64,000 bases of DNA, taken from contig JAQGDQ010000077.1 of assembly GCA_030141605.1 (NCBI GenBank), positions 647,183 through 711,182 of the forward strand, in the 5' to 3' direction. The DNA comes from Tubiluchus corallicola (Eukaryota; Animalia; Priapulida). The notes below the pieces were generated by a model. It worked only from the letters and a program-made list of their open reading frames with translations, did not search any database and was not told where the DNA came from. Positions 1 through 11,200 of this stretch are shown here, in pieces. Position 1 is the first letter of the stretch, and every line of letters begins with the position of its first letter. The translations under genes and the position numbers were made by a program.

Positions 1-118
1 TCGTTAAACCTGTTATGCTATGCCTATAGAGTTAAACGTCCATGCATAGACTAAATTAATTCACATTCATTGCAACTGGTCGGTAGTATTTTTTGTAAAC
101 ATTTTTTTTTGTTTACAG

Positions 119-1214
119 TAATGTTTGGCTCTTGGTTTGATTTTGTTTTGGACTGGAACAAACATCGCTCAAATGAAAACATTTTTTTTCTGAATTACGA
201 GGAGACAAACAGGGTAAGAATAAGTTTCCTTCCTAAAGATTGTCCAAAAAGGCAGTAAGAACTACCCTGCCGAAGTGCTGGAAAAAGATGGAAATGAAAT
301 GTTTGAAAAGCCTTGACGAAAATCACAAAATCAGTGCAGATGCAAGATTTGTCATAAGTGGTCTTGCCAAAAATTAATTATATCATTGAAATAGCATTGC
401 TTTCTAGCGTGTGTGTCCTGCAGCATTGATTCTTATTGAATTAGCCTTTAAAGAGGAGATGTACACAAAAAGCTTTATGCAGTCTGCTGTTATAATCATT
501 AAACTTTCTATGTTATACTGAGCCTTTTTTGTGCTATGCACTGTTTGTGTAGTAAAACTACAAAACGAAAGACTGAAATGCAGAGCTTTATTGTAGGATT
601 TACCGGCAGCAGTGATGAAAATTTGTAACTTTCTCGGGAAAAATCTGACCAAGGAACAGCAGGAAAAAATCGAAGAAATGACAGCACTACCCCAGGAGTT
701 AAAACACACTGGAAAAGGTTGGTAGAAATAAAACTGATTTTACGGTTGCATTTCTGATGATAGAATGGAGTTAATATTAATAAACAAAGATGTCGCATAC
801 CATCACTATCTAAATTGTAATCGATTACCTCTCATTGCTTATGCAGGAGACAGTTATTATATTGATATGCATATTCTGATATTTTCTTTAACAATTGGTA
901 TGCCTCATTATGATTGTAGGATAGGTAGTTTTATTTTTCTCAGTCTGATTTTTAAATTTATGTGAATGTGTCTGTCAACGAGAGAAAGCTGATAAACAAG
1001 TTTTTGGCTGGTACATGGCTGACAAGTGACTTTGTGTGCAGAGCATCAAAAAGATGCAAAATGCAATATTATTGTAGCAGTGTTCACCTGTTGGTATTTT
1101 TCAGGAGTAATTGGTGGCTGGAAGAAAATTTTTAGCGAAGATCAGAGTTCAGTAATTGATCAAATGTGCGATGAAAAATTAAACGGCTGCAATATGGATG
1201 TTGTGCTTGAGTGA
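119..1214 (+). CDS. Cytosolic sulfotransferase (SULT family, SULT4A1-like features), 3' part only; exons 119..213, 597..717, 1105..1214
   Basis: AG/GT-bounded exons splice in frame to (V)MFGSWFDFVLDWNKHRSNENIFFLNYEETNR|DLPAAVMKICNFLGKNLTKEQQEKIEEMTALPQELKHTGKG|VIGGWKKIFSEDQSSVIDQMCDEKLNGCNMDVVLE*. This matches the SULT motifs GSWFDH, LFLxYEDM, KIxxFLG and GxxGxWKxxF. The 5' exons lie upstream of the window. Confidence 0.88.
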
Positions 1215-2829
1215 ATATTTCAAAATCATTATAAACAAACTGTAGAACAAGTGTAAAAAGTTCTTAGCAGTAGTATTTATTTGGTAGCAGCCAACAACAC
1301 AGCTCATAACAGATTTAAGACATACACTTTAATTAACCTTTTTTAAAGTTATTTGTCCACAGATTTGAGGTAACATTTGCAAACATGATTGGTACCTCTA
1401 AACCATTTTAGTAGAAATTTACATAACTAAACTGTTGGCTGTGCCCATAGCAGGCTAATCCTACCCACTGGATGAATTGTAATGATTGATTTCAAATTTG
1501 CCTTGATGGTCCCGTTGACAAAACCTTACTGCACAGTCAAAAATTAATGTTTTGAATGTAATTTTTATATGAACATAAATGTATCATAAAAAAGAAACCA
1601 CTTAGGTGCACCTTATATAAAACTGTTTTTTGGTTAAGATGGTAACCACCAAAAAGCTGTTTTCCGTTTTTCACAAATTGACCATAGTTTCAAAAATGAA
1701 TGTGAAAAAAATGTATATGATTTAGCAATAGTTTCGAAATTAGTTTCTGATGTGTTAGCAAATGGCAAATATGCAAACTTAGTTAGTACATAATTAGTTA
1801 GTTAGTTAGTTAGCGCTATCTGGTATAACTTTCTAACTGCAATGTTGTTAGAATTTTTGTATTACCAGCAAATTTTAAAATATACCAATGCATGATATGC
1901 AACATTAATAAGAAAACTAAACATTTCATATATTTTATTCAACTTTTATAAATTTCTCAAAAATCATACCAAACAAGTTATCAATATCCAACAAAATATA
2001 TGTTTATAAATAACAACCACATATCCATAACAAAAACAATATTATGTATAGGTAATGTCAAAAAGCCAAACAAAATACAAGATGCAGGACATGTTTGTAA
2101 ATAATATATTAGGATAGGAATGTCTATTAATGTCAACAAAATTCTCTTCACTTATTTCAGATGCCCATCTTTAAATAAGTGTAAGTGATGCACAAACTTG
2201 TCAAACAGAATTCAAGAAAGACTTTGCTCACACAATCTCAAAAGAGCATCACAATTTAACAAGAGAGTATTTATCAAGTGTGCATATTTATTCGAACAAT
2301 TGCTCACGCTAAGTAAATTTTCCTTCTGTAGATGGCGCCACCAACATAATCTGGGCCAAATTTAATGCTGAAAGCCAACTTTAACCCTCAAGAAACAAAA
2401 TTAATTTGTCGACACGAACCAGCGTTGTTTGCGACAGTGTCAAGTAACTTTTTTAAGAACCAAGCAGTAACGCGTCATACTCAATTAATGTCTCACACTA
2501 GATTGTTAACTCAGATTTTCTTGTCTTAAATGTATGCTGTAATGCTGCAATAATTGCTGAATGTTCAAAATCTTATAACAATATAATCTTCTTTTCTTGG
2601 TAAATTGGCCATTCTTTCTCTTTCAAATTTTACAGCAATTTAATACCACTAGTGGCAATTGCGCTAGTGAAAATGTACGTGAATACTAACACGTACTGGG
2701 CCCAGTGAACACACATGAGAACATGCTCATTAAACGTCTCTGCTATGCATAGCCCGACATTATGGATGAGAATCTCAGGAAATTGTACATGTAGAAAACA
2801 GATCACAAGCATTTTATTAAGCACATGCT

Positions 2830-5800
2830 TCAGAACTCGTCGTGAAATGCTTGCGCTGGATTAGCTATATTACTTCCCAGGAAGAGATCCCGCATCTCTA
2901 ACATTTCCCCAAGGCTCAACTGTCCATTCTCATCAGCGTCAGCATATTTGAATAAGTTGTAAGCTTCATTCTTGGCATGGAGGGGATTCCGCGGATTCGT
3001 GTATCCCTAGAATTAGGACAAGTTCATGTTAATTTTAAGGTGGAAGTAAATTCAACATAAGGTCATACATTTAACATTTAATTCAACAGAAGCCTAAAAA
3101 GAATCATTGTAAATAACAGGCCATAAAAACTCATAGGGGATGTAGTTCTTGTAAATTTGGGAAGACTATGCAAATAAACCAGAATACTGTTTATGGAAAT
3201 GGAAACTAACAAAGGAAATGGAATTAACAAAATACCCATGACAGTACACTATTTCAAGAAAAATATAATTATAGAAGTCCACATAACATTCACAATTTGC
3301 CAAACGCAATTTAAAATCATGACAGCAGAGATATGAAATTTAATATACTTTTCTCATTTTATTGTTTTCAACCTTTCAAATTTTACTAACTTTGTGGTTA
3401 CTCTGTTATCTACTGGCCAACATGTTTTTATTTGCCCAAAGAAATTATTTATTTGGCAGAAAAACAATGTAAAGGAATAGAAACTTGCACACAAGTCAGG
3501 AATTTTACACAATAAAAACTAAATTGAACCAACCATCAGCTCCTCAAATGTAGCTATGCCATTACGGTCAAGATCAATCTGTTCAGAAAATTCTTTTTTT
3601 CTTTCCGCTTGATATTTTTTCTCTTCATCCTGCCATTTGCTATCAACGTCACCTGGCGAGAGGGCAGAGAACTCTTCTGCTGTCAGTTGACCGTCGTTGT
3701 CCCTATCTGTAAAACACTGATATTACAAACTTCCTAAAACAAGCATTTTTAAAGTTCAAAATGTAACAAAAACTGCACACTGTTACACTTGTTTAAAACA
3801 CAACAAGAAAGACAGCATATGCAAGTAACAGCTTATTTTGTAATTGGGGAATGTAACATCACCAGAAAATCCTGTATTGATTTTGAAATCATGTTCTCCT
3901 CTTTGGGCATAAAAATGGTTTGACTGTGTAAATTTTAGTGCTTATAATAACCAGCATACATGGTAGAAAATCAGCGCAACAGGTCGTATCAACTGATGTA
4001 AATAATCGTTTAGGTACACTAGTGCGCATAAAGTAAAAAAAGATTTACGTTATTACTCAACTATAATCTATGACTTTGAGATGCTAAAAACTACGGTGAC
4101 CGCCACAACATTTGCATTATATATAATATAGCAGAATTCTTCAAGCTTTGAATGCACCTGCCTAAATGCAAGTAATTTTCAGGTAACTGGATGATAGGTT
4201 ACGTGGGCAAAATTTCAGGAGAAAGAGGTTAGCCAAATTTTTCAATTAGTAAGGCCTGATAGCAACAAAATAAACAATCAAATTTATTCTATCTGTACAT
4301 GAAGTTGAACAAACTCATTCACAATCACTAAAACTGCAAGTAGAAGACCTACAATTAAAGCTTATTTAGGACAAAAATACAAGAGTGTGCAAGACTTTAC
4401 TTTTAAAGTAATATGACATCAATTTAGGATAACTTGACAATAAGTTCAAATAGAAACTAACTTGACAATAAGTTCAAATAGGAACTAAACAATCTAGAGC
4501 TTTTCATTACCTAGTGAGTGCAGGATATCTCGCACCATGCTGTGCATCATAAGTCTGCTATGCTCCGGGTGTCTAAATCCCAAGAACTCTCGTTCAGAGA
4601 GCCTCTCATCTTGATTTTCATCAGCTTCCGACCAGCGGAAGTTGTCCTGTGCTATGACATCACGTACTAAAACAAAAAGTACAACATTTGTCAGTAACCA
4701 TACATCTCTGGTCACTTGATATATATATTTGTTTCTATATGCAAAGAAAGACAGGTAATTTGCAAAGTTGTGTGTGAAGTTGCAGAATGCGTGGGAACAG
4801 AAATTTGGTGAGTGTGCACGAGTAAAAGATGAAAAATGCGAGTGACACATGCCTAATGCATGAGAGCTGGCAGATCTGCATGAATTAAAGCTCCTTAACC
4901 CTTTAATATTTAATATTAAATTACAGCAAGTGAAACATTACTAACATTCATATAGCAGAAATTCAACTGTTACATGTATTTAGCTACGAACATTATCAGC
5001 AATACATACATTGTTCATCAAAATCATCTTTTGGATGAACTCCGTGACCACGCTGAGAGTCGTCATGTGCCTTTTGGTGAATTTTTGCATGCTGTTCGCG
5101 CATGCCTTGATTTACAAGAAAGTGGATGTGATACTCATCCCACGTTGCATAACCTACAGATAAACAACTAAAAATATATTTTACACATTTTCTTTTTTGC
5201 AAATAAACAAAGCTGCTTGTCTAACAGAAATGCTGTGAATAGCTTCATCAGAAAACAACAGGCACACACATATATATCACATGAAATTTATAAATTACGT
5301 AAATATGATATCAAATGTTCAAAACATGCCTATGTCTAATTTGCTGCTAGCTAGGCCATACTAGAGATTTCTGATTCAAAGGAAGATATCCCAATCTTTG
5401 TCCCAATAGAATGGGCTGCTACAGAATACAACCGAAACAAAGCAAACATCTCTGTCCAAAGCAGGACTGTTCTAGCCAATTTAAACTCCGTATGTTTTAA
5501 CTAATATGGTAATAAAAACCTAATAATAAAAGGCACTTGAGAATTAAAATACAGCTTGTTGCAAGCGTAATTTTTGAGACTGCAAAACATGTTATAAAGT
5601 TCTTTAAAAATAAATGATAAATAATTAACTTTCCAGGTTCAGCTATGACATACTGTTAAGGATCACTCGATTTATTTGGCAGAATTTTTTAACTTATATA
5701 TATATGATTCTAAGTGCAGATTTCTTAACTATAGTTTTGAAATTTAATGAAACAATTTTGCTGACATTGGTGCAGGACATTATCATGAAGCAGTAAAATT

Positions 5801-7920
5801 ATAAACATTAAATCAAATTTACAATCATGTTTTTTCTAGTTAAAACCTAATTACCTAGTCAAAATAAACTGACACACTAGCAGTGTGTCACTAAACAAAG
5901 TGACACACTAGCAGTTTTTGACAAATTACCAAAAACAGTTTACCATTACTATACACTAATGAATATACCAGTGGACACTTAGAATAAAATAATGTGATAT
6001 TGTCTCAGATCTCCTTACCATCCCTGTTTGCATCTACCGCAAAGAACAGATCTTTATTTTCCTCAATGGCATCGTTCATGTGTTCTGTGACCCGATCTCG
6101 TATCCAAACTTCCAATTCTCCTAGACTTACTTGCTCACTTTTGTCAGTATCCATTCTGAAAATTTATCAAGGAGTGTACATTTTGTATTTGACAAAATAT
6201 TTCTGTCTGAACAATGTAACAAATGGAAAATAAATTTTGAGTCTTTCAAAAATGTCAATGTTACAAATAGCAACAAAATTTATTTTGAGAAAGTCTCTGG
6301 TATTTCAAAACGCTTACACAAAAGTATGGTAGTCAAAAAACATGAAAAATAAAACAAATAATAAACTTTTTTTAAAAACAACAACTTATGAAACATTTTA
6401 ACACCTATAATACTGGAAAAGCATTTCTGATAGTTAAATAATTGATTAAAATCTAAATTAACGACGGGTGAGTCCAACTATTGATGACATACCACAAAGG
6501 AATGAAATTCTCAACAGCAAAAACAGTCCATGGTCATGTTGCACATATTTGCGAAAGCGAAAATTGAAGTACAGTGCTATAAGAAATTTAGTGTGTTATA
6601 CTGCAAGTTTTAAGATAAAAATTCCATTTTCAAATTTACCGCTCTGCTCACGCATGAGCTGTCGATGTGTGAAGTACATCACAAACAGCACCTATTTTTT
6701 GCGCAACGCGTTTCCGAAATGCAGGTACTAGTGCCCATCTAACTAATGAATGGCGACATGCATATAACCGCGAAGAACTAGTGGCACTAATGTGAAACTG
6801 TGTTTGTGTGGTAATAATTCGTTCACGTAAGTTATTCTTGCTCGTTTAACATTGCTGATCTGTAGCTTGCTAGCAATGCTAGTGTCCAAAGTGCAGTTTT
6901 AATTTTTAACTAGCAATACACCGCATAACTGAGTGGAGTTTCACACAGACATTAATATTACTAAGAAAAATTGAACTTGTTAAGCGTAAATTATAATAAT
7001 TGTGTGCAAATGTAACAACATTTTGTTGAGTTTTAATCATTAAGTAAGCAAAGCCCTTAAGTTCTTGAAGTAGGTAAAAAGTTTGCATTATTGTGGCAGT
7101 AGGTTTGAGTAATTAATTTCTGTCTTGTTTGCATTTTTATCTGCACATTTAGCATCACTCAGTCCTACAGCACGCCTCTTCATTGTCACTGCCACTGCTG
7201 TAAGGCTCAACAATAAAAAACTGAAACTTGTTGCTGTTTCTTTGCTTGCTGCTATAGAAGAGCCATGACAAATCACGAAAAAAATTAAATTAGTTAAGTG
7301 ACTATTTTATATTATAAGGCAATTCTCAAGCTACGAACAGGTCGAATGACACAAAGGTTTGTTTTAGCATCACTTTTCCACCTTATGCCCAACGTTCCAA
7401 AAAGAGATAATTAATAGATAGCAATCTAAACTCACTTATGAAAAATATCCGTTAAAATCCGAATTTGGACGATTTCTGGATCATCTACATTAATCGGAAC
7501 ACCATTGCCAAACATTGCCTCTTTGTGATAATCTTTATTAATATGGCCATCTCGCTCCAGTTTCAATCCTTCCAAATGATCTGGCGGCTTTAAATCTTCA
7601 GGGTTTACATGAACCTTTTGAGTTTGTTGCTGCTCGTAACTCTTTTTCACTGGTGACCTATTTATCTCATCTTCTTTCTGAGATGCATTTACATAAGACT
7701 TTTTATGTAAAACGTCATCATTACTACTACTGTTTTTTCCATGAAACTGTAGCTTATTCTCCCCTATATTAATATCAACCTCATTTACTGATAGTGATAC
7801 TTCCGCATTTGTATCATTGTTTTTTGTCTTGTCGACTGGTTTGCTGATAACTTGACACAAAAATAAAGCAGAAACGATAAACACAATACAATACACGACG
7901 AAGCAGTTGCTGTTTTGCAT
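2830..7920 (-). CDS. SDF4: 45 kDa calcium-binding protein (Cab45), CREC family multi-EF-hand secretory-pathway protein; exons 7920..7436, 6155..6019, 5153..5010, 4666..4511, 3706..3534, 3006..2830 (1272 nt, 423 aa)
   Basis: N-terminal signal peptide; Cab45-typical PPDHLEGLKLERDGHINKDYHKE; EF-hand loops DTDKSEQVSLGE, DANRDGYATWDE, DENQDERLSERE (followed by FRHPEHS), DRDNDGQLTAEE, DLDRNGIATFEE, DADENGQLSLGE; C-terminal HDEF. All five introns are GT-AG and the phases are consistent. Confidence 0.93.
4430..4488. repeat. 28 bp tandem duplication in SDF4 intron 4
   Basis: TAACTTGACAATAAGTTCAAATAG(A/G)AAC x2. Confidence 0.85.
6395..6840. repeat. Dispersed repeat family A copy in SDF4 intron 1
   Basis: Aligns by eye over ~440 bp to the reverse complement of 46205..46680. 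Confidence 0.7.
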
Positions 7921-8267
7921 TTTGTAACGAAGAAATTACAAAGACTAAAACTGAAAAATTAAAAGATACTGCAAATAACTAGGAGATAACATAAATCGTA
8001 AAAACTTCGCGTAAGTCACGTTGCAATTGGCCTACTGTGCTGCTACCTTTTGACAGAAGATAAAAGCAAAGTAAAAAAATATTCGTTGCGTAACAGCAGA
8101 GATAATGAATTTGTGGTGTTCGAAAATTAATGATAATTCCTGTTGTGGCTGTGAGTAATCACAACATTCTTGTTCACTTACAATGCATTTATAATACCAA
8201 TTTTTTTCAGCAACTGCCTGTAATGTAGTAACGTCGTAGTTACGGCATAAGTCACGTGATAGAAAAA
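7921..8267. promoter_or_regulatory. Bidirectional promoter region between SDF4 (-) and ZMYND12 (+)
   Basis: The two start codons are 347 bp apart, head-to-head. The region contains a GTCACGTGAT E-box (8251..8260) and a second TAAGTCACGT (8012..8021). A YY1-type AAAATGGCGGC overlaps the ZMYND12 ATG. Confidence 0.7.
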
Positions 8268-11200
8268 ATGGCGGCGTACACAAATAGTCTATCAAAGCAT
8301 GGGACTTCAAAGTCACGTCGTTCCCTCACAAAAGCAACAACAACAGAGCTTACTCAAACACAGGCTTGCGTTTTCATGAACGCTCCAAGAAATCAGCATT
8401 GTGAACTTTGTAAAAAGCCTGCTATGGTTGGTTGCCCCGAGTGCAAATTAACATTTTACTGGCAAGTTTCCATTAATTCGTATAATGCTTAATACGCCGC
8501 TTAATAAAATTACCACAGGGCCAGCAATAAGTACGGCGGTTTTATTATCTGGCAACCTTTTGCAAGCGCTTGTACTTCGCATAGTATAGTGTGAATGCGT
8601 CACCCTAATTAATACTGGCTGTCAATTTTCTTACATGTAGTTAATAATTATTTTTATCATTCATTTTTTAATCAAGGGATCTTTTGCGAGACACCCTTAA
8701 AGTCTCAGCTGCTTCCCACTGGCTGCAGTTAAGGCTGTAACCCTATCTAACTCTTCTTTTCCTTCTGCACCTAACTCTCCATATCTTCACGTCAAAGTCT
8801 GTGGGCAAAATGTTCACATAAACGCTCTGATCAACGCGAAAGAGTTGTTTTATTGCTAATGGAACTTGAAATTTGTTTCTACTAGGAAAACACATACTTT
8901 TAAGGATATCATTAAGTATTTATCCTTGTTCTGATTCTTAGTTTTCAACTGTTTTGAATTTGTGAAGTGTAATTATAGGCCCATTATTGTTTTAGATGTT
9001 TTGATCTCTTACTAATGTTGTACAGTAAAACTGTAATTTGTGACTAGTTTCACATAAATGCATATACAGCCAAATGTGGCTAAAACACCTCTAAAACACT
9101 CATTTTTTGAAAATCTTGGAATTATCAGGAATTATGCAATACAGCAAAGAAGCTGAAGGTCAGTAGAATGCCACTTAGCATGAGATTATAGCACTGCAGA
9201 ATAAAATATTAATTATTATTTTAGTTTGCCGAACTTTATCGTTGTGAAGATTAAACATTATCTAACTCAGTGCTATTCGCTAAGCATAGAGGATTAAATG
9301 TTACTAATATTGGCTATCTGATGTGCAGCAATTAGCTGTAGATTGTAAAAGCAGTCTGAATCGTTAAAATATATAATAAATATTTTGATAAATGAAAAGC
9401 ATTTCTTTAGAGTGAAAACTGTAATTTGCAGTAGAATTTGCATTATAGGTATAACTTTGGGCATCTCATTTACCTCATGTCATAAATTACAGAATAACAT
9501 TTACAGCAGATGCGATTTTAATTGACAGCGCGACAGGCAATGTAATTAGAACGATATTAGCCCTAGTTATCCATTTTTGAATAACTATTAAGTTTTTTTA
9601 TGCAATTTATCTCTAAGTAATGATGTTCAGTGTGAGTAGTTCTAGATCCTAGGTGGTTTTGTATTTTTTATTGTATCCGTTTTTAGCATAACCTGTATGT
9701 AAAGTATTGGATAACAAAGTGCTAATCAGTTATTTGTATTCTTTGTCTGTTTAATTTTGTAGCACAGTGGCACATTTGGAAAAGGACTTTAACACGATTC
9801 ACAATAAATTGTGTCAGTACTTTAAGATTTTGCGTGCAGTAACATCTGAATATCATTCTAAAGAGGAAAGATTACAGCAAGCGGAAAAGCACTTGTGTAT
9901 AAAGGTGTGTATATGTTTTGTGTATATTTAATTGAGAGACCTGCATCATGTATATATGTATAAGCAGAATATCATGTTGATTATGATTATTGCAGCACAT
10001 ATATGTCCTATGATCAGTAACTCAAGCAGCCTGTGAAATAATCTGTTCCATAAACATGGTGCAGATGAGGAAAATCTCCTCTTTTTGAAAATATTGTTTA
10101 AAATGTCCTCCCTTTGAAAATATTGTTCAGTCTTCTCACTGGTATTCTCAATTGGGATTTGTTATGTTGAATGAAAAGTTCCACCAGGAATGTAGTAGCT
10201 GATTAACTCTGAAGGATGTTGTGGTCCTAAATTGTGCACTGTTCAAATGTAGATACAGTTGCTTAGAAAGCTAAAAAAATTTCTTAAGATTGAGTAAAAC
10301 ATGTGAAAAGCCATTATTGATGGTTGTGCAGTATCTAATTTGCAAGCTATATTTTTAGAAAGAGCTTTTGCAGATGACTCGCTCTACAGGTCAACAATAT
10401 CTTTGGGAAGAAAAATATGAAGATGCTATTCCGGCAGTTTTACAGTCACTGAAATTCGCTATGGATGTGAGTGTAAAATATTTACTCATTTTCTCGTAAT
10501 ATATACATTTTTTATTTATTGAACCATTAAGGAAGGAAATTACAGAAGATAAAGAAAAAACGACTCGAAAAACCTTATACATCTAAACAAAGAAACCACA
10601 TATAAGTGGTATACTGATTTAAGCGCAAAAACACATACAACAGAGCAACATACATATATATATATTATAAACTTAAAAAAATATTACATATGTATTACAG
10701 TTAGTCATGTAATCAAGCTTACACTGAGCTATCTCAGTCGGGCCTATCTTCAAATATTTTGTATTAATTTTAATAACTTCTACATCTTGTGATGCATTTA
10801 AAAACGTGAACTGCTCATTGGAAGACATATAATGAAAGTTAGGACAAAAATCAGAAAGGATGGAGTAAATAATAGCAATGCGGTTACAAATTTAAGTCTT
10901 AAAGAATCTTATATTGTAACAGAACATGGTACAAGTGTTAACCATCTCGGTTTGCAATAACAATGTTATTATTTACATTATTCATTTTATTGTGTAGTCA
11001 AATTTAAAGTGGTGTAGGGTCTAAAGAAATGTCATTTGCAGTTTTGTTTAAATAGCAACTATCTCATATACACATTGTGCCTCAGCTTTAAAGTGTGCTG
11101 CTGCTAAGCAGTGATTATAATTGTGAATTTTTAGTTGCAAAAACCTGAGTCCAATTAGTACAAGTCATGTTCCTGCAATATCAGAGTTAATGGAATTGCA

